From positions 1,163,127 to 1,195,126 of the forward strand of contig NZ_CP142850.1 in the NCBI RefSeq assembly GCF_036287235.1: 32,000 bases of DNA, in the 5' to 3' direction. The position numbers and the translations under genes are program-made. The notes under the pieces are model-generated. The model was not told the DNA's origin. It did no database searches and worked only from the letters and a program-made list of their open reading frames with translations. The DNA comes from Exiguobacterium sp. 9-2. GTDB lineage: Bacteria > Bacillota > Bacilli > Exiguobacteriales > Exiguobacteriaceae. Positions 1 through 8,422 of the stretch are shown one piece after another (the first letter of the stretch is position 1; every line of letters begins with the position of its first letter).

Positions 1-1
1 C

Positions 2-1531
2 TTGAACGACACGTTCCGACTCGGAGTCGAGACTGGATGTCGCTTCGTCAAGCAACAGAATTTCCGGATCACGGAGGAGTGCACGTGCAATCGCAATTCG
101 TTGGCGTTGACCACCAGACAGTTTGACGCCCCGTTCTCCAATCTCAGTCGCATAACCTTCCGGGAATCGTTCGATGAACGTATCGGCATTCGCCATCCGT
201 GCAGCCGCACGGATTTTGTCTTCACTGATGTCATCTGTCAGACCGTAGACGAGATTGTCACGAATCGTTCCTGATAAGACGGGGGAATCCTGCGCGACAT
301 ATCCGATTGCCTGTCGCCAAGACGATAACGTCAAATCAGAAATGGGTTGATCTCCGAGACGGATTTGTCCTGACGTCGGTTGATAAAATCGCTCAAGTAA
401 CGCAAATAATGTCGTTTTACCGGAGCCACTCGGACCGACGATTGCTGTCGTCTTGCCGCGTGGTAACGTAAAGCTGACATTCTGTAAGATCGACGTCTCA
501 TTGTATCCAAATGACAGGTGTTCGACCGTCACGTCCGTAAACGGACGAGATGCTACAAGCGTTCCAGGTACTTCCGGTGATTCATCGAGAAGCTCAATGA
601 TTCGCTCTGTCGCACCGCGTGCTTTCTGTAACTTCGTGATGAATTCAGTCATCGTCACGAGCGGTGTCATGATTTGGAACAAATAGAGCGAAAAGGCGAC
701 GAGTTCACCCGCCGTGATCTGGTTCGTCGCAACGCGGTAGGCACCAAAACCGATGATCAAGATCAGCATCGTCGTTAGAGTGACGTTAAAGATCGGCAAC
801 AAGAGGGCTTGAATTCGTCCTTCCTTCACACCATATCCGTATAAGTTCTCAATCCGCGTTTTTCCTCGTCCCAGCTCATAGTCTTCTGTTGCTTGTGATT
901 TGACGAGTCGGACCTCACCGAGCATCTCGGCAAAAAAACCGGATAATCCTGCAAGTTCCTTCTGAGTCTCACGAGAAATCTTGTGTAATTTGCGGACGAG
1001 CGGAATGATGATCAACAAGGTCACGGGGACAGCGATGACCATGACGAGCGTCATTTGCCAATCGAGGAAGAATAGGATCGTGATTGCTCCGATGATTGAG
1101 ACGAGTGACGTCAGCAAACGGACGAGTTGTTCCGATAGCAATTGCTGAAGTGTCGTTGCATCACTATTGAGTCGTGAGACGAGCTCACCGGATTTTGTCT
1201 CATCATAGAACGGAATCGATAGCGTCAATAGATGCTTCCATAGAAGCGTTCGTAAATTGGCGACGATCCGTTGACCAACGATCTGTAACCAATAGATCGA
1301 TAAAGCGTTCGCGACGACTTGGACGAGGAAAACGATCACAAATAGACTGATCAATTGTGGTGTCAGTCGATCGACAGTAAAACCATCAATCAACGTCTTT
1401 AAGAACCAAGGAATGGCGAGCGCAGCCAGCGCTTGGATGACGGAGACGGAAACGGCGGCAGATAATAAACCGACCGGTGGTTTCGTTTTTTTCAATAACA
1501 GGTAAAAAGATTGGAACGTCGCAGCGTTCAT
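2..1531 (-). CDS. ABC exporter, fused permease + ATPase (BmrA/YvcC-like multidrug type); C-terminus runs off the window
   Basis: The minus-strand frame is open from the window edge to ATG at 1531-1529. It is absent from the ORF track because there is no stop in the window. SD gagagga lies 8 nt upstream. My translation gives a TM-rich N-terminal half, then Walker A GPSGSGKT, signature LSGGQRQR and Walker B ILLLDEAT. The overall sequence resembles B. subtilis BmrA from memory. Confidence 0.9.
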   Translation of the reverse strand, partial: MNAATFQSFYLLLKKTKPPVGLLSAAVSVSVIQALAALAIPWFLKTLIDGFTVDRLTPQLISLFVIVFLVQVVANALSIYWLQIVGQRIVANLRTLLWKHLLTLSIPFYDETKSGELVSRLNSDATTLQQLLSEQLVRLLTSLVSIIGAITILFFLDWQMTLVMVIAVPVTLLIIIPLVRKLHKISRETQKELAGLSGFFAEMLGEVRLVKSQATEDYELGRGKTRIENLYGYGVKEGRIQALLLPIFNVTLTTMLILIIGFGAYRVATNQITAGELVAFSLYLFQIMTPLVTMTEFITKLQKARGATERIIELLDESPEVPGTLVASRPFTDVTVEHLSFGYNETSILQNVSFTLPRGKTTAIVGPSGSGKTTLFALLERFYQPTSGQIRLGDQPISDLTLSSWRQAIGYVAQDSPVLSGTIRDNLVYGLTDDISEDKIRAAARMANADTFIERFPEGYATEIGERGVKLSGGQRQRIAIARALLRDPEILLLDEATSSLDSESERVVQ

Positions 1532-1655
1532 TTCAACACATCCTCTCTTTTCTATTGTCCGGAAGAACGAAGAGACGGTCAAATGGGAAGCGCGACTTGA
1601 CAAAAAATCTTTCGATTTGTGACACTGATAGTGGAAACAATAAGGGAGGATTCAA

Positions 1656-2087
1656 ATGTCTATTTTCGTAGATGCGGACGGATGTCCCGTTGTCGATCTT
1701 GTCATTCGACACCGACAGGGACGTGACGTCTTTTTAGTTTGTGATACGGCACACCAGATGATCCGAGAAGGAGCGACGACGATTACCGTCGGACAAGGAC
1801 CAGATGCCGTCGACTATGCGATCGTCAATCGGATGAAACGTGGCGATCTCGTTGTGACCCAGGATTTTGGTCTGGCAGCACTCGTCTTAGCGCGAGGGGG
1901 ACTCGCAATTGATCAAAATGGTCGCCAGTTCACGAACGATAATATCGATTTATTGCTCCACACTCGCCATGTCGGACAACAAATCCGACGAGCAGGCGGG
2001 CGTACGAAGGGACCGAAAAAACGGACGCGTGATGCGGACCGTTCCTTTGAAGAATCATTTCGTACATTAGTGCAAACCAGCATGTAA
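1656..2087 (+). CDS. YaiI/YqxD family protein (UPF0178, DUF188)
   Basis: From the ORF track. The N-terminus MSIFVDADGCPV is the conserved start of this family. SD agggagg lies 6 nt upstream. Confidence 0.8.
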   Translation: MSIFVDADGCPVVDLVIRHRQGRDVFLVCDTAHQMIREGATTITVGQGPDAVDYAIVNRMKRGDLVVTQDFGLAALVLARGGLAIDQNGRQFTNDNIDLLLHTRHVGQQIRRAGGRTKGPKKRTRDADRSFEESFRTLVQTSM

Positions 2088-2107
2088 GGAAGACAGTGCT
2101 GGAACTG

Positions 2108-2134
2108 TTGATACGGTACGGACCGTGATATAAT
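2108..2134 (+). promoter_or_regulatory. Candidate sigma-A promoter with extended -10 (TTGATA, 15-nt spacer, TGaTATAAT) for the kinase gene
   Basis: ttgata at 2108-2113, TG at 2126-2127, tataat at 2129-2134. The spacer is short, so the extended -10 carries the call. Confidence 0.4.
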
Positions 2135-2170
2135 TTAAAGCATGAATGAAATCAGAAAGGAGGATACACG

Positions 2171-3805
2171 TTGAAACGAATTTTACGCGACCACTCGAAG
2201 GATCGCCCTTACCGATTGCGCCAAGGAACGGTTCCGGCATCAACTGAGGCACGATTCACATCACTCGATCAACGTGAAATCAATCGATTACAACAGAATT
2301 TACGAAACGTCGAAGTGAAATTGAAGCAACGCAATGAAATCATGGAAGCGTTGGCGACACAAAATGTTGAAGCAGCCTGTGAGACTGTCTTGATGATCTT
2401 GTTGCAACTGCTTGAGGTAGAAGAAGGAGCTATCCTCTTGTACCGGCGGGAGCAGTTAAATCATTTCGTCGCACAAGGGATCGACGATATGGAGCTGATC
2501 GAAAAAGATCTCGATCAATATTCGGTCTTGCGTCGCGCATTCGTCATGCGTAAATCGGTCCAATTGCCACTCGGCGACCAGTTCGAGTCAGCAATTCCCG
2601 TGCAGTCTCCAAGCAACGGACAAGTCGTCGGACTGCTATACATCCGCCATGCCTTCGCCCAGTTCAATTTAGAACAAGTCGGGGATTTACTTGATCTATC
2701 ACGAAAACTTGGAATGACGCTTGAACGCCATCTCCTGTTCCATCAAATGGAGCATGAAAAAATCAAGACGTATCAGCTACTCGATTCGATTCGGGAAGCT
2801 GTCCTATATATCGAGAGTAGCGGGGAGCAGATTTATGCGAACCAGGCCTTATTGAATATGTTTCCACCAAAACTCGTCAATCAGGCGCAAGGGTTCCGTC
2901 ACGCGTATGAACGGGCGACGTCGCTGTTTGAACATGTCGATCAGCCGGAAGCACTTCATGATTACATCGGTCAACTGATGAACGGTGATATTCCGGGAGA
3001 AACGATCGAGTTATCGGCATTCAGGGGGAACTTGTTGCTCAGTGCCTACGCTGAACGGATTGCGATTGCGAACGTTGAATGGGGGATGATGCTTGTCTTA
3101 CGTGACGTGACGAAAGACAAGGAGCTCGACCTTAAGCAGGCAGAGTTCGTCTCGATCGTTTCGCACGAGTTGCGGACACCGCTTTCTTCGATCATGGGCT
3201 TCACGGAGTTATTGATGAAACGAGAAGTCGATCCGAAGCGGCAGAAACGCTATTTGCAGACGATTCATTCGGAAACCGTTCGATTGGCGGAATTGATCAA
3301 TGACATCTTGGAAATTCAAAAAGGGGAAGACTCGACACACGGAACACAAAAAGAATTACTTGATTTAAAACAATTGATGTTCGAGATGAAGCCGATGTTC
3401 GATCTTGCGAGTCGCGCACATCGCATCAGTGTCCAATTTAGTCCGGGATCCTATACGATTTCAGCCAGCAGTGAGAAGATGAAACAACTGTTTACGAACT
3501 TGATCATGAACGCGATTAAATATTCGCCCGAAGGCGGCGCGATTCGGATCAAAGGATCAAATCAGTCAGATCAATTACGAATTGAGATTTCAGATGAAGG
3601 GCTTGGTATTCCAGAAAAAGCGCTCCCTTACATCTTTGATAAGTTTTACCGAGCAGATAACTCGGATACGCGCAAAATTGGCGGAACGGGCTTAGGACTC
3701 GCGATTTGTCGGATGATCGTCCTCGATCATGGCGGAGCAATCTCCGTCCAATCGACGGAAGGGGAAGGCAGTACCTTCATCATTCAACTTCCGATCGGCG
3801 TATGA
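2171..3805 (+). CDS. Soluble sensor histidine kinase (coiled coil, GAF-like, PAS-like, HisKA, HATPase_c)
   Basis: TTG start with SD aaaggagg 7 nt upstream. H-box FVSIVSHELRTPL, N-box NLIMNAIKYSP, G1 DEGLGIP, G2 GGTGLGLAI. No hydrophobic TM segment is present. Confidence 0.9.
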   Translation: MKRILRDHSKDRPYRLRQGTVPASTEARFTSLDQREINRLQQNLRNVEVKLKQRNEIMEALATQNVEAACETVLMILLQLLEVEEGAILLYRREQLNHFVAQGIDDMELIEKDLDQYSVLRRAFVMRKSVQLPLGDQFESAIPVQSPSNGQVVGLLYIRHAFAQFNLEQVGDLLDLSRKLGMTLERHLLFHQMEHEKIKTYQLLDSIREAVLYIESSGEQIYANQALLNMFPPKLVNQAQGFRHAYERATSLFEHVDQPEALHDYIGQLMNGDIPGETIELSAFRGNLLLSAYAERIAIANVEWGMMLVLRDVTKDKELDLKQAEFVSIVSHELRTPLSSIMGFTELLMKREVDPKRQKRYLQTIHSETVRLAELINDILEIQKGEDSTHGTQKELLDLKQLMFEMKPMFDLASRAHRISVQFSPGSYTISASSEKMKQLFTNLIMNAIKYSPEGGAIRIKGSNQSDQLRIEISDEGLGIPEKALPYIFDKFYRADNSDTRKIGGTGLGLAICRMIVLDHGGAISVQSTEGEGSTFIIQLPIGV

Positions 3806-3837
3806 CCGACGACAGACTCAGAAAGGAGGAAGACACG

Positions 3838-5592
3838 GTGAATAACTCACATATTCGTTATGAAGCATTACATCCACTCGTTGAGGAAATTCTTGAAAAG
3901 CTGAGTGAACGAATTGGCGTCAATACGTTATTTTTTGCATTGAACGACTCATACAGCAACTTTGTCGTCAAGGCAATCAATCAAGAACGTCAGTTGATCG
4001 AAGAAGGCTCGACCCATGTCTTCCAACATGTCCTCTGTAAGCTGGTCGTCGATGAGACGGACGGGAAGGTCTCGATCAATGAATTGCTCAACGATCCATT
4101 GACCGTCAATCATCCGGTCACGAAAGCTCTTGGGAACGGTAGCTTTTTAGGAGTAGCGATCAAAAATGCGGAAAATGAAAAAATCGGGACATTATGTGCC
4201 TTTGATGATCAACCATTCGACTTCAAGGAGCAGGATATCGCACTCGTCGAGCGGTATGCGGATATTATTAGTAAATCGATCAACGTCGAAACGTATGTCA
4301 TCAAGGATGCGCTAACAGATGTCTATAACGAACGGTACATGAATCGACTGATCTCAAGTGTGACGATTCATCCTGCTTTCTTAATGGTGTTGAACCTCGA
4401 CCGTTTCCATGCGATTAATGCGACGCATGGGTACCGGGCAGGGAACGAAGTGCTACGCGAAATCGCGAATCGGCTGAAATATGTTCCTTTACCGAATCAT
4501 GTCGTCGGTCGAATGGATGGGAATGAATTCGTCGTCTTAGCAGCACTCGAACAGGAACAGGAATTCGAACAATATGCGGAAGATTACGCTCGCATCGTCA
4601 CGGAAGCGATTGAGCAACCGATCGTTGGTGTTGCAGCCGAACCGATTCAGGTGACGGCATCATCTGGCGTCAGTCTTCTGACCGGTGATATGGCAAGTCG
4701 CCAGACACAAATCTACGCAGCAGAAGCCTTGATGCAACAAGTCAAACAAGAGGGGAAACAGCGAACCTCATTTGTTAATCCAAATCGGAATGCGGAACAG
4801 CATCCATTTGCATCAGTTCTTGAATCAGAGCTTTCGCATGCACTAGAACGGGGACAATTCGAGCTCTACTATCAATGGATCGTTGATGCGAAACAAGAAC
4901 GCTACGTCGCGGTCGAAGCGCTTCTACGCTGGAATCATCCTGTGCTTGGGTTCGTCAGTCCGACGGATTTTATTCCGATTGCCGAGAAGATGGAGATTTT
5001 CCCAGACATCGGTCGATTTACGATCTGTCAGGCGATCCTGGATCAACGGCGCTTGGAGGAGACATTTGGACGTAAGATTTCCGTCGCCGTCAATCTATCG
5101 GCAAGCCAGTTCGAGTCGGATCAACTCTTTTCAGAATTACTGAGACTGACAGAAGAATCGTATTTCCCGGACGAACGACTCATTCTTGAAATACGGGAGG
5201 AAGTATTGCAGACGCGTCGTCGTTTTGCAATCAAACGTTTGGAGCAGCTGCGCCAAGCAGGCTACCGTCTGACGGTCGATCATTTCGGTAGTCACTACGC
5301 GTCACTTAATTCGTTATTGCGTTTACCAGTCCAAGCAGTCAAGCTCGATCCAATCTTTACACGTCGACTCGTGCAAAATCAGTTAGAGCGTTCGATGATT
5401 CGCTCTGTTCATTCCTTGACGTCGACGTTAAACATCGCGCTCGTGATTCAGGAAGTCGAGACCACGTCGCAATTGCAACAGATTCAAGTGTTGGATGAGC
5501 AACTTTATATGCAAGGCTACGAGGTCCATCACCCTCAGCCGATTGAACAATTACTCATCGAGGACATCGTTCGAGGGCGTGCTGAGGTTTAA
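3838..5592 (+). CDS. GAF / degenerate GGDEF / EAL c-di-GMP protein (DgcW/YtrP-like architecture)
   Basis: GTG at 3838 with SD gaaaggagg 8 nt upstream, preferred over the track start at 3706, which overlaps the kinase gene. The GGDEF position reads DGNEF. EAL motifs present: EALLRW, NLS, EIRE, DHFG (instead of DDFG), KLD, EVET, QGY. Confidence 0.85.
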   Translation: MNNSHIRYEALHPLVEEILEKLSERIGVNTLFFALNDSYSNFVVKAINQERQLIEEGSTHVFQHVLCKLVVDETDGKVSINELLNDPLTVNHPVTKALGNGSFLGVAIKNAENEKIGTLCAFDDQPFDFKEQDIALVERYADIISKSINVETYVIKDALTDVYNERYMNRLISSVTIHPAFLMVLNLDRFHAINATHGYRAGNEVLREIANRLKYVPLPNHVVGRMDGNEFVVLAALEQEQEFEQYAEDYARIVTEAIEQPIVGVAAEPIQVTASSGVSLLTGDMASRQTQIYAAEALMQQVKQEGKQRTSFVNPNRNAEQHPFASVLESELSHALERGQFELYYQWIVDAKQERYVAVEALLRWNHPVLGFVSPTDFIPIAEKMEIFPDIGRFTICQAILDQRRLEETFGRKISVAVNLSASQFESDQLFSELLRLTEESYFPDERLILEIREEVLQTRRRFAIKRLEQLRQAGYRLTVDHFGSHYASLNSLLRLPVQAVKLDPIFTRRLVQNQLERSMIRSVHSLTSTLNIALVIQEVETTSQLQQIQVLDEQLYMQGYEVHHPQPIEQLLIEDIVRGRAEV

Positions 5593-5611
5593 CCGTTCTT
5601 CAGTCGGGAAT
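5587..5611 (+). promoter_or_regulatory. SigB-type promoter candidate GTTTAA-N13-GGGAAT
   Basis: gtttaa at 5587-5592 overlaps the stop of the upstream gene. The spacer is 13 nt and gggaat is at 5606-5611, 42 nt before ATG 5654. Bacillus SigB consensus is GTTTAA-N12-15-GGGTAT. Confidence 0.55.
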
Positions 5612-5653
5612 ACATTAAAATGTGGAACAAGTACATTTTAAGGGGGATGCCAA

Positions 5654-5923
5654 ATGGCTGATCAACATGATAAAGAGACGGACCCGATTACTTCAGGAAA
5701 CCGGATGACGAAGGATGAGATTGCCGGACGTGACCCGCAAGACAATACGGAGGTTCCGGAAAAATCGAAGGATGAAAAAGAAACGAAGCATCAAGATCAA
5801 GAAGCTGAGAAAACAGAACGACCAGATGACGAAGCTTCAAGTGAAGAGGCACCCGATTTGTCGCATGCTTCTGATGAAGATGGCGATGTCGAGCCATCCG
5901 ATGAAGAGAACCAACAAGGTTAA
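5654..5923 (+). CDS. Small, highly acidic, low-complexity (probably disordered) protein, 89 aa
   Basis: From the ORF track. SD aaggggga upstream. The protein is dominated by D/E/K/T/P/S with no hydrophobic core. A strong terminator follows. Confidence 0.65.
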   Translation: MADQHDKETDPITSGNRMTKDEIAGRDPQDNTEVPEKSKDEKETKHQDQEAEKTERPDDEASSEEAPDLSHASDEDGDVEPSDEENQQG

Positions 5924-5936
5924 AAATGACTAAAAT

Positions 5937-5986
5937 AAAGGGCAATCGATGTCCGGCAGAAATGCCACACGTCGATTGCCCTTTTT
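5937..5986. terminator. Bidirectional rho-independent terminator between convergent genes
   Basis: aaagggcaatcga (5937-5949) pairs with tcgattgcccttt (5972-5984), with inner pairs ggca/tgcc. T-run on the plus strand and A-run upstream. Confidence 0.8.
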
Positions 5987-6006
5987 AATGTATTATTTTT
6001 AAACGG

Positions 6007-6972
6007 TTACTCGCCACTCCCACCGCCATCACTTCCACCATCGAATCCACCGTCAATTCCGCCATCTGTCGCATGTGACGTATCGGTCAAATCAACAGGG
6101 AAGAGCAAGAACGGAGTCGCATCGGCGCTATCCGGCGGAAGAATCGAAGATGGGAAGAGTTGTTGCAGGATCGTTTGTTGACTCAAGTATAATCGGATCG
6201 CCGTCAAATAGACCAAGTCCCTCCGGTACTTAAAACGTAAATCGGAGCGTAACGTCTCTGCCATCTGTTGGAGTGCCGAAGCATGAATGTTGGGGTCGCC
6301 GAGTAGTGCAAGCATTCCGTGGAATGACAGCGGGACATGATGCTTACGATGTAATTTACGGGACGACTCCAATTGCGCGATATAACGATCCCAATCGTCC
6401 TCTGGTAATAAAGAGAATAACAAGGCGACGATATACGTCTGTTGAGCGCGACCGAAACGTCGTTTCAGTCGTTGATAGACTGCTTCAATACGCGAAGCGA
6501 GTTCGTCTAAATCACCGCGTGTCGCAGCATGAAAATAGACGAAGGAGGTCAACAGCGGTGATACGATGAAACGATGCTGTTTTTTAAGAAGAGTGTATAA
6601 CTGAACGGTCCGCTCGAGTACCATGTCTTGTGGAGAAATACGACTAATGAACAGCGCAGTGGAGTAGGCATTCAGGGGATGCGACAAACGATGGGATTTA
6701 AAATAGCCGTGAAGCGACATCATCTCAGCGATGCGGCTCGGTGCATGAGCGTCAAAAGCATGGATTTTTGAAGCGAGCAGCAAAGCCTGCGTAGTTTGCG
6801 TGCGCAATCGTGTCGTTAAATCGTCTGCTGTCTCAAGTAACGTGCTTGCGGATACCTGCTCCGTTCCGATCGTCCGGTCAAATGCCAATTCGATGAGAAT
6901 ACCGTCTTGATACGTTCTGAATTCTGGTGCGATATGATCCAGTTGTCGCAAGAAAGTCGTCGCCATCTCCAT
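6007..6972 (-). CDS. Uncharacterised 321-aa protein (length and context remind me of DUF4003; unverified) with a C-terminal DGG-repeat tail
   Basis: From the ORF track. SD gaggagg 7 nt upstream. Lies 54 nt downstream of the DUF1836 gene on the same strand. The C-terminus is DGGIDGGFDGGSDGGGSGE. Confidence 0.6.
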   Translation of the reverse strand: MEMATTFLRQLDHIAPEFRTYQDGILIELAFDRTIGTEQVSASTLLETADDLTTRLRTQTTQALLLASKIHAFDAHAPSRIAEMMSLHGYFKSHRLSHPLNAYSTALFISRISPQDMVLERTVQLYTLLKKQHRFIVSPLLTSFVYFHAATRGDLDELASRIEAVYQRLKRRFGRAQQTYIVALLFSLLPEDDWDRYIAQLESSRKLHRKHHVPLSFHGMLALLGDPNIHASALQQMAETLRSDLRFKYRRDLVYLTAIRLYLSQQTILQQLFPSSILPPDSADATPFLLFPVDLTDTSHATDGGIDGGFDGGSDGGGSGE

Positions 6973-7026
6973 GACTGTTCCTCCTCTGTTTTTTCTTATA
7001 GTGTATCACGCAGTGAAAGCGTTATC

Positions 7027-7542
7027 TTATTTTTTTAGTTGGGTATCGATCAATTGTTCCGCTGCACGCCGGTACAGATTACTCATATGAGCCAGCGCTA
7101 AAATCTGTTCCAGTGGATCGGTCGTCGAGGCGGTAAGAGCATCTTGTTCGGTGATGAAACGGGCTGTATTTCGTTCTGTCAGTTCAAGGTAAGTGCGATA
7201 AAAGTCTTCCAGATCGAGTTGATTCTGTTCGATGCCTTCGTTCAAGGGCGTTAGGATCGTCTTGATATCGTTAATCGAAAACGAACTTTTCAACTGATAA
7301 ATCAAGCTAATTAAAATCAAGTGCTCCTTCGTATACTTTTTATTCGTAACCGGAAAAAATAATTTTTTTTTGGCATAATTGTTGATCATCGTCTTCGTCA
7401 GGATTGTCTCATCCGCATTCCGCGTCGTTTCCTCGAATGTTCGCTCAAACAGTTGGATGACTTGATCCATATAAAGATCAATGTTCGGGATATCTGCGAG
7501 CTGTAATTGACGATCATGTCTCGTGTCGTCAGAACGTGTCAT
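7027..7542 (-). CDS. DUF1836 domain protein
   Basis: From the ORF track. SD ggagg upstream. The stretch IDLYMDQVIQLFE ... LTKTMINNYAK ... KKYTKEHL matches my memory of DUF1836 proteins. Confidence 0.7.
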   Translation of the reverse strand: MTRSDDTRHDRQLQLADIPNIDLYMDQVIQLFERTFEETTRNADETILTKTMINNYAKKKLFFPVTNKKYTKEHLILISLIYQLKSSFSINDIKTILTPLNEGIEQNQLDLEDFYRTYLELTERNTARFITEQDALTASTTDPLEQILALAHMSNLYRRAAEQLIDTQLKK

Positions 7543-7654
7543 AAAAAAACCTCCAAAATCGTTAAAATAGGACTTTCTACTTCTTCATCATATGATAGAA
7601 TATGTATATAACGCCATGTAGTATTCAAAACTACATATCAGGGGAGGAACAAAA

Positions 7655-8302
7655 ATGAAAGCTTATATGAGAGAACCGATTAATGGATTAACACATTTGG
7701 GAGGGGCTGTCTTTGCTTTTGTCGGATTACTCGCACTCGTCATTAAAGCATCGTTAGAACGCGGAGCATCACTCGCCATCGTCGCAGCGATTATTTTTGG
7801 GGTCAGCATGATGGCACTCTATGCTGTTTCGGCAACGTATCATATGGTCCTTGCGAGCGACCGGGCGATTGCGATCTGGCGACGATTGGATCACTCGATG
7901 ATTTATTTGTTGATTGCCGGTTCCTACGCACCGTTTTGTCTTGTCAGTCTGAATGGTCCGACGGGTTGGGTCTTGTTTAGCATCGTCATGTTGATTGCTG
8001 TTTCCGGAATTACCTTCAAATTAGTCTGGTTCAACAGTCCACGCTGGTTATCGACGACGCTCTACATCGGAATGGGCTGGATCATGGTCTTTGCGATCAC
8101 ACCACTCGCGCAAGTCTTATCACCGCTCGGCATCGGTCTATTGTTCCTTGGTGGTATCTTCTATACGATCGGTGGCATCATCTATGGATTCAAGCCGCGT
8201 GTCTTATCGTTTAAACATCTCGGATTCCATGAAATCTTCCACATCTTCGTACTACTCGGTAGTCTAGCGCATTTCCTATGTGTCTACTTCTTCGTGTTAT
8301 GA
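7655..8302 (+). CDS. Hemolysin III / PAQR family membrane protein (YplQ/TrhA-like)
   Basis: Seven hydrophobic segments. Conserved SATYH, DHS.IY and C-terminal HEIFHIFVLLGS motifs. SD ggggagga upstream. Confidence 0.9.
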   Translation: MKAYMREPINGLTHLGGAVFAFVGLLALVIKASLERGASLAIVAAIIFGVSMMALYAVSATYHMVLASDRAIAIWRRLDHSMIYLLIAGSYAPFCLVSLNGPTGWVLFSIVMLIAVSGITFKLVWFNSPRWLSTTLYIGMGWIMVFAITPLAQVLSPLGIGLLFLGGIFYTIGGIIYGFKPRVLSFKHLGFHEIFHIFVLLGSLAHFLCVYFFVL

Positions 8303-8309
8303 TGATGTC

Positions 8310-8341
8310 CTCCTTTAGTCAATGACTGAAGGAGTTTTTTT
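8310..8341 (+). terminator. Rho-independent terminator after the hemolysin-III gene
   Basis: ctcctttagtca / tgactgaaggag stem (one G-U pair) followed by T7. Confidence 0.85.
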
Positions 8342-8422
8342 GTATCTATATGGAAAATACAGGAGAAGTCGAGTGTCCTCACGAATGAAAGAACGGAAAG
8401 ATCACGAAAAGGGGGAAATCAC

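Noticed and set aside
3706-3837. Upstream extension of the GGDEF-EAL ORF (track start at 3706)
   Set aside because: It overlaps the last 100 nt of the kinase gene in another frame and encodes an Arg/Ser-rich peptide. GTG 3838 has a canonical SD (gaaaggagg) at the proper spacing.
5688-5945. Overlapping ORFs on both strands within the acidic-protein gene (85 aa minus, 72 aa plus)
   Set aside because: The purine-rich low-complexity DNA lacks stop codons in several frames. Only the 5654 frame has an SD and sits between a promoter-like element and a terminator.
7616-7636. 7-bp perfect hairpin (atgtagt/actacat) in the hemolysin-III leader, downstream of a TGaTAGAAT extended -10
   Set aside because: It is too short and unaccompanied by any conserved motif to interpret. 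It could simply stabilise the mRNA 5' end.
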